Shown: positions 29,252 through 38,545, numbered from the stretch's first letter. The stretch: 64,000 nt of DNA from Flavobacteriaceae bacterium (GCA_018699935.1 JABISF010000009.1:8819-72818), one strand, 5' to 3'. Made by a program: numbers and translations. Notes: generated by a model from the letters alone, not told the origin.

Positions 29252-30534
29252 AAACACCATCGCAAAAAATCCTAATTCTGAGCTATTATTGGCCCCCTTC
29301 CGGGGGTTCGGGCGTTCAACGCTGGATGTATTTTGCGAAACACTTAAAATTAATGGGCTGGGAGCCCATAGTCATCACGGTGGACGAGCAGCAAGCTGCC
29401 TATGCCGTTTGGGATTCCAGTTTGCTTGCAGAGGTGGCTTCCATTCGGGTAATCAAAACCCCAACCCGCGAACCCTTGCGGTGGTATTCTCTTTTGACGA
29501 CCGGTAATGCACACCAAGGTATTCCGCAAGGTGCCGTCCATCAAAAAAGCGTTTTGGGTAAAATCGCTGCCTATATCCGTGGGAACTATTTTATTCCCGA
29601 TGCTCGTAAAGGTTGGATACCCTATGCCGTAAAGGCCGCAAAAAAAGTTTTGGAAACGGAAGCGATTTCTCACTTAATAACTACTGGACCACCCCATTCC
29701 ACTCATTTGGCAGGGCTCCAACTGAAGGCTCATTTCGATCTCCACTGGTGGGCTGATTTTCGCGATCCTTGGACGGAAGTGTTTTATAACAAAGATTTAT
29801 TCCGCAGTGCGAAAACCCAGCAGAAAGATCGTCAATTGGAGCAACAAGTACTCCAAACTGCCGACGGCGTATTGACCACCCTCGGGGGTGCCTTTCACGA
29901 ACAATTAAAAAGGAAAGCTCCCCTACAACGCTTTGTTGCGCTGCCGAATGGCTATGAGGCAGAATTGATGGCGGCTACCCCTGGGGAAAGACCAAAGGAG
30001 GTATTTCATGTGGTTTATACGGGTTTATTGACGGAAAATCAATCCTATACGCCCGTTTTAAAAGCCTTGGATAAGATCGCAGAACAACTGCCGGTTCGTT
30101 TGTCTTTAGCGGGAAATATAGGACAAGAGATTATAGCGGACATACGATCAAAACATCCGAATATAGCACTCGTTTTTCACGGGTATGTTTCACACGGTGC
30201 AGCCATACAACTGATGAAAAGTGCACATCTTTTGCTCAACTTTATTTTTGAGAATGCCGATACACAAATGATTTCTGGGAAACTATTGGAATATATGGCT
30301 ACGGGAGTTCCCCTACTCTCCATTGGAAATCCGACGAGCGCAGCAGGCAAATTTGTTGACCAAGGGAGTGCTGCCAAGATGTTGGAAGCTCGCGATACAA
30401 AAGGTATTTTTGATTTTATACAACAAGCCGCCACGCAGAGAGCAAATCTTCATAACAGTTTTCCTCAACTCGCACACTGGAGCCGGGAAGCGTTGACGAA
30501 ACGATTGGTGGAGGAAGTATTGCTGGGTAAATAG
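29248..30534 (+). CDS. GT4-like glycosyltransferase
   Basis: The N-terminus ILILSYYWPPSGGSGVQRW is typical of GT-B glycosyltransferases. The start is ambiguous: GTG at 29248 (GTGA overlap with the upstream stop) or GTG at 29227. Confidence 0.75.
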   Translation: MKTPSQKILILSYYWPPSGGSGVQRWMYFAKHLKLMGWEPIVITVDEQQAAYAVWDSSLLAEVASIRVIKTPTREPLRWYSLLTTGNAHQGIPQGAVHQKSVLGKIAAYIRGNYFIPDARKGWIPYAVKAAKKVLETEAISHLITTGPPHSTHLAGLQLKAHFDLHWWADFRDPWTEVFYNKDLFRSAKTQQKDRQLEQQVLQTADGVLTTLGGAFHEQLKRKAPLQRFVALPNGYEAELMAATPGERPKEVFHVVYTGLLTENQSYTPVLKALDKIAEQLPVRLSLAGNIGQEIIADIRSKHPNIALVFHGYVSHGAAIQLMKSAHLLLNFIFENADTQMISGKLLEYMATGVPLLSIGNPTSAAGKFVDQGSAAKMLEARDTKGIFDFIQQAATQRANLHNSFPQLAHWSREALTKRLVEEVLLGK

Positions 30535-30555
30535 TTTATTATATTAAGGGTTTAT

Positions 30556-30683
30556 CTATTGTAAGTGCTTTTTTGAATCCATTCTTTGGTGAAGAATTCG
30601 AATGATTTCAATGGGTTCTGAATCGATTTTTCTATAGAAATCAAAAAGAGTTTAAAGGGATTGACAATATCTCCATTTATCAT
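30556..30683 (-). pseudogene. Decayed ParE-family toxin remnant
   Basis: One minus-strand frame (30556-30651) reads TLFDFYRKIDSEPIEIIRILHQRMDSKKHLQ*, which is the conserved ParE C-terminus. The only ATG (30681-30683) is in a different frame, and about 60 N-terminal codons of a normal ParE are missing. Confidence 0.6.
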
Positions 30684-30692
30684 AAATGTTTA

Positions 30693-30923
30693 CTATCGTA
30701 ATGCATCGAGATTTGCTTTAGGGTCAAAATTTTCAATCGTTTGACTTTGTTCACCCTCTTTAAGTGCTTTAATCAATTCTTGTTCTTTTTTATCTTCTTT
30801 TTCTAACAAACGTAAAGCAGAACGAATCACCTCACTGACAGAATTATACCGCCCTGATTGTACTTCTTTATTGATAAAATCTTCAAAATATGCTCCTAGT
30901 GAAATGGACGTATTCTTTCCCAT
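30693..30923 (-). CDS. parD: ParD-family (RHH) type II antitoxin
   Basis: 76 aa, MGKNTSISLGAYFEDFINKEVQSGRYNSVSEVIRSALRLLEKEDKK, matching the ParD4/COG3609 pattern. Confidence 0.85.
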   Translation of the reverse strand: MGKNTSISLGAYFEDFINKEVQSGRYNSVSEVIRSALRLLEKEDKKEQELIKALKEGEQSQTIENFDPKANLDALR

Positions 30924-30946
30924 AATGTTCTATTTTTGTTTTAAAA

Positions 30947-30963
30947 TTACCAAACTTTGGTAA
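30947..30963. promoter_or_regulatory. 17-bp palindrome, candidate ParD operator
   Basis: TTACCAAA-C-TTTGGTAA has perfect 8-bp arms and lies 24-40 nt upstream of the parD ATG. Confidence 0.45.
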
Positions 30964-31198
30964 CGCCTCCAAATTTTACCACTCGATATAATGCTTCTAA
31001 TTTATTTTCGTTTGTCAGGAAATACGCCTAACAGTAGCCCTAGTCCCCAGCCTAAAAGGGTACAACCTACAAAAAAAAAGGGGATGGGTTTTAAGGAAAA
31101 AAAGCCAGCGCCGAGACCTATTAAAAGCTCTACGCCCAACGATAGCTTTGTTCGTGTTTCATAAATAATGGGAGTTAAAGCTTAAAAAAAAAATTATT

Positions 31199-31780
31199 TT
31201 ATTGATAAAACCCATTTTTTACTAGATATGCCCAACTGGCAGGGGGCATAAGGTGTTCCACGGTTCCGCCCTGGCGTATGATTTTTCTGATAGCACTGGA
31301 GGCAATATCCCATTGGGGCGCATCGAATAATTGTATTTTTTTGTGGTTGAGCAGGTGCTGGGGGACAGGCGTTGGGTGCGCTCTAGGATAGACGAAGAGG
31401 GAAACTTTTTCGAGAATACGGTCGGCTTGTTTCCAACGTTCAAAATGCACCAAATTGTCCTCCCCCATCAACAATACAAAATTTTTGTCTGGGTGGACTT
31501 GATCTAAGTGCTCCAATGTATGGATGGTATAATGGGGCATTGGGAGCGAGAATTCAACTTCAGAAGCGTGGAGCTTGGGTTCGTTTTCCAATGCTAAACG
31601 CACCATTTCCAAACGGTAACCATCGTCCAACAATGCCTCGTTTACCTTAAAAGGATTTTGGGGGGTAACCACAAACCACACCGCTTCGATGTCGGCTTGC
31701 TTAGCAAAATACTTGCCCAAAGCGATATGCCCCAAATGAATGGGGTTAAATGTTCCAAAATACAATGCGGTAAATTTCAC
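31199..31780 (-). CDS. nadD: Nicotinate-nucleotide adenylyltransferase
   Basis: 193 aa with the GTFNPIHLGH (HxGH) nucleotidyltransferase motif. Confidence 0.92.
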   Translation of the reverse strand: MKFTALYFGTFNPIHLGHIALGKYFAKQADIEAVWFVVTPQNPFKVNEALLDDGYRLEMVRLALENEPKLHASEVEFSLPMPHYTIHTLEHLDQVHPDKNFVLLMGEDNLVHFERWKQADRILEKVSLFVYPRAHPTPVPQHLLNHKKIQLFDAPQWDIASSAIRKIIRQGGTVEHLMPPASWAYLVKNGFYQ

Positions 31781-31800
31781 GATTCAAAGGTAGCTAACCT

Positions 31801-32370
31801 TTAGGAATTAAGAAACTCCCGTACCACTCGAACAACTTCCTTTTTAGCGGTATCCAAATCGTCGTTGATAAGGCAATAATCAAATTGTGGGGCATAGTTT
31901 AATTCGGTTTGGACTTTGTCCAAGCGCATTTGAATTTTTTCTTCGGTTTCAGTAGCCCTTGCTCGCAACCGTTTTTCCAAGATTTCAAAAGAGGGGGGTT
32001 GGACAAACAGTGCCAAGGTTTGTTCGGGAAACTGTTTTTTGATGTTTAAACCGCCCACGACATCAATGTCAAAAAGTACGTGCAAATCGTTTTGCCAAAG
32101 GCGTTCTACTTCCGTTTTTAGGGTTCCATAATAGGTGCCGGCATAGACTTCCTCATATTCCAAAAAGGCTCCGGTGTTGATTTTTTCTTCAAAGGCTTCG
32201 GGGCTTAAAAAATAATAATCTTTTCCCTCTTCTTCCTTGCCTCTCGGGGCTCTGGACGTTGCCGATATGGAAAAGCCCAAAGGTAAATCTTGTTGCAAAA
32301 GATGGCGCACTAAGGTTGTTTTCCCACTTCCAGAAGGAGCCGAAAAAACCAAAAGTTTACCTTGTTTCAT
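31801..32370 (-). CDS. gmk: Guanylate kinase
   Basis: 189 aa with P-loop SAPSGSGKTT and the ATSRAPRGKEEEGKDYYF motif. Confidence 0.95.
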   Translation of the reverse strand: MKQGKLLVFSAPSGSGKTTLVRHLLQQDLPLGFSISATSRAPRGKEEEGKDYYFLSPEAFEEKINTGAFLEYEEVYAGTYYGTLKTEVERLWQNDLHVLFDIDVVGGLNIKKQFPEQTLALFVQPPSFEILEKRLRARATETEEKIQMRLDKVQTELNYAPQFDYCLINDDLDTAKKEVVRVVREFLNS

Positions 32371-33228
32371 CTACAATACGTTCAACAACTGTTCTTTAAT
32401 TTTTTCCAATTCGTCTTTCATCTGAACCACTATTTTTTGCAATTCGGCATGATTGGCTTTGGAACCGATGGTGTTGATTTCACGACCCATTTCTTGGGCA
32501 ATAAACCCGAGTTTTTTTCCGTTGGGAAATTCGTTTTGCAATACTTCTTTAAAATAATTCAAATGATTTTGCAAACGCACTTTTTCTTCAGTGATATCAA
32601 ACTTTTCGAGATAGAAAATCAATTCTTGTTCAAAGCGATTGCTGTCCACTTCCACTTTAAGATCGTCCAATGCGGTTCGCAATTTGTCAGCGATTTTGGC
32701 GCTTCGTTCTGGATCAACCTCCCGGACGGCGTCAAGAAGTTGGGCGATAATCGCCAAGCGCAATAAAAAATCCTTTTCCAATTCTTGTCCCTCGTCGATG
32801 CGGTGTTTTTCCAAATCTTTCAAGGCCACTTCCAACACCTCTTTCACCGCTTTTTTATCGTCGTCTTCCAATACTTCTTTTTCGGAGGAAAGGGTGTCGG
32901 GCAGTCGAAGGGCGAGTGCCAAAAGATCTTTTTCATCCGCCACATCAAAACTTCTCAATTGTTCCATATACCCTTTAACAATCCCTTTGTTGAGGGTGGT
33001 AGGTGCATTTTCGCCGTTAAATTCGATAAAAATATTCACATCAATTTTTCCGCGATACAATCGCTGGATGAGCTGTTTGCGAATTTCGGTATCCATTTCC
33101 CGCAAATAAGAGGGGGTCCGAAGGTTGATGTCTGCAGTTTTACTATTCAAAGACCGCAATTCTATCAGAATGCGCTTGTCCTTCCATTGGGCTTCTGTTT
33201 TACCAAAGCCCGTCATGGACATAATCAT
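32371..33228 (-). CDS. yicC: YicC-family stress-induced protein
   Basis: 285 aa. The N-terminus SMTGFGK and the C-terminal block GKKLGFIAQEMGREINTIGSKA are typical of YicC. Confidence 0.9.
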   Translation of the reverse strand: MIMSMTGFGKTEAQWKDKRILIELRSLNSKTADINLRTPSYLREMDTEIRKQLIQRLYRGKIDVNIFIEFNGENAPTTLNKGIVKGYMEQLRSFDVADEKDLLALALRLPDTLSSEKEVLEDDDKKAVKEVLEVALKDLEKHRIDEGQELEKDFLLRLAIIAQLLDAVREVDPERSAKIADKLRTALDDLKVEVDSNRFEQELIFYLEKFDITEEKVRLQNHLNYFKEVLQNEFPNGKKLGFIAQEMGREINTIGSKANHAELQKIVVQMKDELEKIKEQLLNVL

Positions 33229-33238
33229 ATACGAGGGA

Positions 33239-33961
33239 TTAGAGTTCTTTTATTTTTATATTTCGAAAGGAAACTTTGTCTCCGTGATCTTGCAAACCAA
33301 TTCGCCCTTTTCTTACTTTGGCAAAATGTCTAAAATCACAAGGATCGGCAAATTTAGAATTGGCAATCATCTCATCCCATTGGGAACCATGCACCGGAAA
33401 TTCTACGATGGTAACCCCATTGAGCGCCACACTTCCTTCGTTTTTGTTATGATCAATCGTAATCAAAAAATGATTCCATGATCCGGCAGGTTTGCACACA
33501 TCTTGGGTGGGTTGCACCAAATCGTATAAGGCTCCGGCCTGATGGAATTTTGGATTGGCTTTGGCATCCGGATGGCGTTCGTTGTCCAAGACTTGAATTT
33601 CGGGCCCTGTAGAATAGGGTTTGTGCAAGCCTTCGGCCTCCTGTACGGCCCAAAAAACACCACTGTTTCCACCTTCCGCAATATTCCATTCGATGGATAA
33701 TTGAAAACTGGTAAACTCCTTATCGGAGATGAGGTCGTGAATATAATCTCCCTCTGGACGAAGCGCAGGATCAAAAGTGAGAACACCGTCTTTGGCGGTC
33801 CATATAGGAGGAATGCCTTTGTGGTTAAAACGATGCCAACCGTTGAGGCTTTCTCCGTCAAAAAGCACTTCCCAATCACCGGAGTAGGTGGCTTGGGCTT
33901 CAGGAGTTTTGGTTCCGGAAATACATCCCGCAAGAACCAAACAGAGGAATATTTTTTTCAT
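33239..33961 (-). CDS. DUF1080 (3-keto-disaccharide hydrolase family) lipoprotein
   Basis: Lipobox LVLAGC plus the motifs LNGWHRFN, GNSGVFW, EIQVLDN and GRIGLQDHGDKVSFRNIKIKEL. I place the start at MKKIFL (ATG at 33959-33961). Confidence 0.85.
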   Translation of the reverse strand: MKKIFLCLVLAGCISGTKTPEAQATYSGDWEVLFDGESLNGWHRFNHKGIPPIWTAKDGVLTFDPALRPEGDYIHDLISDKEFTSFQLSIEWNIAEGGNSGVFWAVQEAEGLHKPYSTGPEIQVLDNERHPDAKANPKFHQAGALYDLVQPTQDVCKPAGSWNHFLITIDHNKNEGSVALNGVTIVEFPVHGSQWDEMIANSKFADPCDFRHFAKVRKGRIGLQDHGDKVSFRNIKIKEL

Positions 33962-34091
33962 AAGAATTAAATTTACTAGCACTTAAAAGTTTGCCCAAGC
34001 TTTTTGGGCCGTTGAAATACGCACCAAAAAATTAAATCGCTCTTGTTTTGCGAGCGTTGAAATGAATGGGTGCGGATTTCAAAAAAACCGT

Positions 34092-35144
34092 TTAAAGATT
34101 TAAAATATCACGCAAAAATTGTTGATCGATCTCCCCTCCGGCAAAATCATCAAAGGTCTTTTGGGTGGCTTCAATAATATGACTTTGAATGAATGGAGCT
34201 CCTTCACGCGCCCCTTGTTCCGGACTTTTGATACAGCACTCCCATTCCATAACCGCCCAAACGTCACAACCGTATTCGGTCAATTTGGTGAAGATGGTTT
34301 TAAAATCAATTTGACCATCTCCCGGAGAACGATAGCGTCCGGCACGGTCGATCCAATCGCCATAACCACCAAAAGCCCCTTTTTTCCCGGTTGGATTAAA
34401 TTCAGAATCTTTTACGTGGAAGGATTTGATAAACTGATGGTAATGATCGATATATTCAATATAATCCAGCTGTTGCAAGACAAAGTGGCTGGGATCGTAA
34501 AGGATATTGACGCGTTTGTGATTGCCTGTCGCTTCCAAAAAGCGTTCAAAGGTCACCCCATCGTGCAAATCTTCCCCCGGATGGATTTCATAACACACAT
34601 CCACATCGTTGTCTTCAAAAACATCTAAAATGGGTTTCCAACGTTTGGCAAGTTCAGAAAAGCCGAGTTCTACCAATCCGTCGGGACGTTGCGGCCAGGG
34701 ATGAAAGGTGTGCCATAGCAGTGCTCCGGAGAACGTCGCATGGGTTTTTAGCCCCAAACGGTTGCTGGCTACTGCCGCTTTTTTCATGGTCTCAACAGCC
34801 CAAGCTGTCCGTGCTTTTGGATTTCTTTTTACGGCATCGGGGGCAAAATTGTCAAACATCAAATCATAGGCTGGATGCACCGCCACCAACTGTCCTTGCA
34901 AATGCGTAGAAAGTTCGGTGATTTCCAAGCCGTAGGAATTGATTTTGCCTTTCAGCTCATCGCAATAGGTTTGACTTTCGGCAGCTTTGTCCAAATCGAT
35001 TAGGAAGTTTTCCCAAGTAGGAATTTGAATGCCCTTATAGCCCAAATCGGCGGCCCATTGACACATTCCGTCCAAGCTGTTGAAAGGAGCCTGTTTGTCT
35101 ACAAACTGGGCTAAAAAGATGCCCGGTCCTTTCACCGTTTTCAT
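34092..35144 (-). CDS. Cytoplasmic xylose-isomerase-like TIM-barrel protein (sugar phosphate isomerase/epimerase family)
   Basis: About 350 aa with no signal peptide. I place the start at MKTVKGPG (ATG at 35142-35144), which forms an ATGA overlap with the upstream stop. Confidence 0.8.
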   Translation of the reverse strand: MKTVKGPGIFLAQFVDKQAPFNSLDGMCQWAADLGYKGIQIPTWENFLIDLDKAAESQTYCDELKGKINSYGLEITELSTHLQGQLVAVHPAYDLMFDNFAPDAVKRNPKARTAWAVETMKKAAVASNRLGLKTHATFSGALLWHTFHPWPQRPDGLVELGFSELAKRWKPILDVFEDNDVDVCYEIHPGEDLHDGVTFERFLEATGNHKRVNILYDPSHFVLQQLDYIEYIDHYHQFIKSFHVKDSEFNPTGKKGAFGGYGDWIDRAGRYRSPGDGQIDFKTIFTKLTEYGCDVWAVMEWECCIKSPEQGAREGAPFIQSHIIEATQKTFDDFAGGEIDQQFLRDILNL

Positions 35145-36280
35145 TGATTGTCCATGCTTAGCCATACGTTTCCATTTTTATTCGATTCAACTACTTTTTC
35201 TATAAACATCATTCCCCGTACACCATCGTTCATGGTGGGGAATTCTCCATTAAAGGAGGTTTCATTGCGCAGTGCTTTGGCCACCCCTTTATAGATATTT
35301 CCCATCGCATCAAAGATGCCTTCGGGATGTCCACCGGGAAGTTTGGTGCCGTCGGCAGCCACATCAGAGACGTAGGCATTTCCGGGTTTAATTACGCGGC
35401 GTGGTTCGTCGTCTTTGAGGAAGTACAAGAAATTAGGATTTTCTTGTTCCCATCGGAAACCCCCGTTTTTTCCATAAACGGCCACGGCAAGATTGTTCTC
35501 TTCACCCGTTGCAATTTGACTGGCGCGAATGACCCCCTTGGCTTTGTTGCCAAAGCGAATGAGCACCGTTCCGTCGATGTCCAAAGGATTGTCATCGTAG
35601 AGGGTGTTCAAGTCAGACAATAGGGAGGAAACTTCCATTCCAGTGAGATATTCTGCCATTTGAAACGCATGGGTACCGATGTCACCAATGCAAGAGCTGA
35701 TTCCTGCTTTGGCAGGATCCAATCGCCAAACGGTTTTTCGCACTTCTTTGTCGTGCACCACAGGATTGATCCATCCTTGATAATATTGGATATCCACTTT
35801 GTGAATTTCGCCCAAGGCTCCTTCAGCAATCAGGTGTTTCATGTGCCGCACCATGGGATAACCCGTATAGGTATAAGTTACAGCAAAAATGGCGTTGTTT
35901 TTTTTCTGCAAGGCTTCCAAGACTTTTGCGTCCTCATAGGAAGTAGTCAAAGGCTTTTCGCAAATGACATTAAAACCGTTTTCCAATAATTTTTTAGCCA
36001 TTGGAAAATGAAGAAAGTTGGGGGTTAAAACCGAAACAACTTCGATGCGCTCGTCGGCAGGTTTATCTTTTTCGGCTTCAATAAAAGCATCGAAATCGAT
36101 ATACACCCGTGTACTGTCCACGCCAATTTTTTTGGCAAAGCCAATATTTTCTTCCCATACAGGATTAAAAACGCCTCCAACAATTTCGTAGCGATCGTAC
36201 ATATGAGAGGCTACTCGGTGTAGCACTCCGATGAGTGAATCGCCGCCCCCACCTAGGACTCCCAATCTAATTTTACTCAT
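35141..36280 (-). CDS. Gfo/Idh/MocA-family NAD(P) oxidoreductase
   Basis: 379 aa with Rossmann N-terminus IRLGVLGGGGDSLIG and the EKP motif (VICEKPL). Its start forms an ATGA overlap with the permease stop. Confidence 0.88.
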   Translation of the reverse strand: MSKIRLGVLGGGGDSLIGVLHRVASHMYDRYEIVGGVFNPVWEENIGFAKKIGVDSTRVYIDFDAFIEAEKDKPADERIEVVSVLTPNFLHFPMAKKLLENGFNVICEKPLTTSYEDAKVLEALQKKNNAIFAVTYTYTGYPMVRHMKHLIAEGALGEIHKVDIQYYQGWINPVVHDKEVRKTVWRLDPAKAGISSCIGDIGTHAFQMAEYLTGMEVSSLLSDLNTLYDDNPLDIDGTVLIRFGNKAKGVIRASQIATGEENNLAVAVYGKNGGFRWEQENPNFLYFLKDDEPRRVIKPGNAYVSDVAADGTKLPGGHPEGIFDAMGNIYKGVAKALRNETSFNGEFPTMNDGVRGMMFIEKVVESNKNGNVWLSMDNQ

Positions 36281-37488
36281 AGTGATTTAATTTTTATAGT
36301 TTCATTTTTAAATGTGATTAAAAATAAGATTAATACGACAAAAGAAAAAATGGCAGGTTGCAACCAAATCTGTTGCCATAAATGCCCTTCTTCTTGAGCG
36401 TACAAATCGGTTAAGATTCCGGCCAAGCGGAAGCCGATCAACATTCCCACTCCATAAGTAGCCAAGGTAATAAGCCCTTGCGCCGAACTTTTGAATTGGG
36501 CTCCGGCTTTGTGATCGGTATATATTTGCCCAGAAACAAAGAAAAAGTCATAACATAATCCGTGCAGTATGATCCCCAACAGCAGCATCCAGGTTTGTCC
36601 TTCAGTATCGCCAAAAGCAAATAGAAGGTAGCGCAAGCCCCACGCCAACATCCCCACGATTAAGGTCATTTTGATGCCATATCGTTTTAGGAAAAAGGGG
36701 AGCAACAACAAAAAAAGGACCTCGGACACTTGTCCCAAAGTCATTTTTGAGGCGGCGGCCTCCATTCCCAGTTCGTTTAAAAACTGATTGGCGTGTTGAT
36801 AATAGAATGCCAGAGGAATGCAGATCAATACCGAAGCCACAAAAAAGAATAAATAGGATCGATCTTTAAGGAGCGCCAAGGCATCCAAGCCCAAAATTTC
36901 TTTCCATTGAATGGCACCACTTCCTTTTGCCTCGGGCGGTGTGTTGGGTAGGAAAAAACTGTAAATCCCCAAAAAGGCCGAGGCTAGCGCAGACATATAA
37001 AAAGTATTTTTTAAAAGCTGATCGCTTTCCCAGCCCAATTGTCCGATCGTCAGTCCTGCGGCGATCCAACCTATAGTTCCCAACACGCGAATGGGAGCAA
37101 ACTCTTTGGATGGATTTTTCATTTGGCGAAATGCCACGGCATTGACCAAGGCCAAAGTGGGCATATACAGCAGCATATATAAAAACAAATAGGGATAAAA
37201 CGCATCAAAGCTTTCTGCCGTGCTGGCAATATAGAGCAGTGCGGCTCCTACCAAATGGAGGATCCCCAATATTTTTTGTGCGGCAAAATATCGATCCGCA
37301 ATCAACCCAATAATAAAGGGTGCAATAATGGCACCTATGGACTGTGTCTCATAGGCCATGCCCAGTTCGCCACCACTAGAGTTGAAAGATTGTGACAAAA
37401 AAGTACCCATCGTGACAAACCATCCCCCCCAAACAAAAAATTCGAGGAACATCATTACAGAAAGTTGGACTTTAAGTTTGCCGTTCAT
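36277..37488 (-). CDS. MFS permease of the nucleoside:H+ symporter (NupG/XapB-like) family
   Basis: 403 aa with 12 predicted TM segments. The N-terminus KVQLSVMMFLEFFVWGGWFVTMGTFL is typical of the Nuc_H_symport family. Confidence 0.75.
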   Translation of the reverse strand: MNGKLKVQLSVMMFLEFFVWGGWFVTMGTFLSQSFNSSGGELGMAYETQSIGAIIAPFIIGLIADRYFAAQKILGILHLVGAALLYIASTAESFDAFYPYLFLYMLLYMPTLALVNAVAFRQMKNPSKEFAPIRVLGTIGWIAAGLTIGQLGWESDQLLKNTFYMSALASAFLGIYSFFLPNTPPEAKGSGAIQWKEILGLDALALLKDRSYLFFFVASVLICIPLAFYYQHANQFLNELGMEAAASKMTLGQVSEVLFLLLLPFFLKRYGIKMTLIVGMLAWGLRYLLFAFGDTEGQTWMLLLGIILHGLCYDFFFVSGQIYTDHKAGAQFKSSAQGLITLATYGVGMLIGFRLAGILTDLYAQEEGHLWQQIWLQPAIFSFVVLILFLITFKNETIKIKSL

Positions 37489-37492
37489 AGGT

Positions 37493-38479
37493 TTAAATTT
37501 CTCCAGCGAGACGTAAAAGTAAGTTTTGCGTTGCTTTGATGCCTTCGGTTTCGGGAAGATTGTTTCCTTCGTATTCTACGCCTATAAATCCGTTATAACC
37601 AGATTTTTTAACCAATTCCAACATACGTCGGTAATCGATAAAAGTTTCGTTTCCGGCCTCATTAAAATTATAGGATTTAGCACTCACTCCAAAAGCGTGG
37701 GGCAACATTTGACTCACACCCAAATAAGGATCGTACACATTGGCACAGCTCCCGTCAAAGATAGAACCGTAGCCTTCTTCCGCCATACAGAAGTTTCCAA
37801 AATCGGGAAGCAATCCACAGTTGGATTTTCCAGTAGCTGTAACTGCTTCTAATAATAATGGAATATTAGAAGTGATTCTTCCGTGGTTTTCCACCATTAC
37901 ATTGACGTTCATCGCAGCTGCATAATCACTGATTTCGCTAAGACTTTTGGTGGAATTGGCGACCCATTTTTCGGGATCTTTTTCTCCATAAAGATTCAAA
38001 CGTACGGCCTGACATCCCATCTCGCTGGCTGCTTTTACCCAACGTTTGTGGTTGACAATGGCCTCTTGACGGACAGCTTCGTCCGAAGCGGACAAGTCGC
38101 CTTCATTGTCGATCATGATCAACACATTGGTCATGCCGTATTGTTTGGCAAGGGCGTTGTTTTTTTCCACAAAAGCAGCAATGGCTGCATCTTTGTCTTC
38201 GCTTTGCATGACATCGCTGTACAATTGGTTGACGTATTCCAAACCTTCAAATCCCCATTCGCTGGCTTTTTGGGCGAAATCATAAGGAGACATTCCGTCC
38301 TCTTGAATAGTACGGTGAATGGACCATTGGGCTAAGGAAAGCTTAAAAAAGGGTTCCGTGCTCGTAGCGGTCTCCTCAGGAGCCGACTGTTTTGGGTTGT
38401 TTTTGCATGCGGCAAGGGTGAAAACTATTGCAAAAATTAAGGCAAAAGTTTTGCTCAAGGTGTAAAAATTGTTTTTCAT
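37493..38479 (-). CDS. Exported xylose-isomerase-like TIM-barrel lipoprotein
   Basis: 328 aa with lipobox TLAACK. The AP_endonuc_2-like pattern includes LSLAQWSIHR, GFEGLEYV, VMVENHG and GFIGVEYEG. Confidence 0.78.
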   Translation of the reverse strand: MKNNFYTLSKTFALIFAIVFTLAACKNNPKQSAPEETATSTEPFFKLSLAQWSIHRTIQEDGMSPYDFAQKASEWGFEGLEYVNQLYSDVMQSEDKDAAIAAFVEKNNALAKQYGMTNVLIMIDNEGDLSASDEAVRQEAIVNHKRWVKAASEMGCQAVRLNLYGEKDPEKWVANSTKSLSEISDYAAAMNVNVMVENHGRITSNIPLLLEAVTATGKSNCGLLPDFGNFCMAEEGYGSIFDGSCANVYDPYLGVSQMLPHAFGVSAKSYNFNEAGNETFIDYRRMLELVKKSGYNGFIGVEYEGNNLPETEGIKATQNLLLRLAGEI

Positions 38480-38545
38480 CGTTTAAATTATTGGCAATTA
38501 TGACCTAAAATTATACATTTATTTATGATGACATAATAAAATCTT

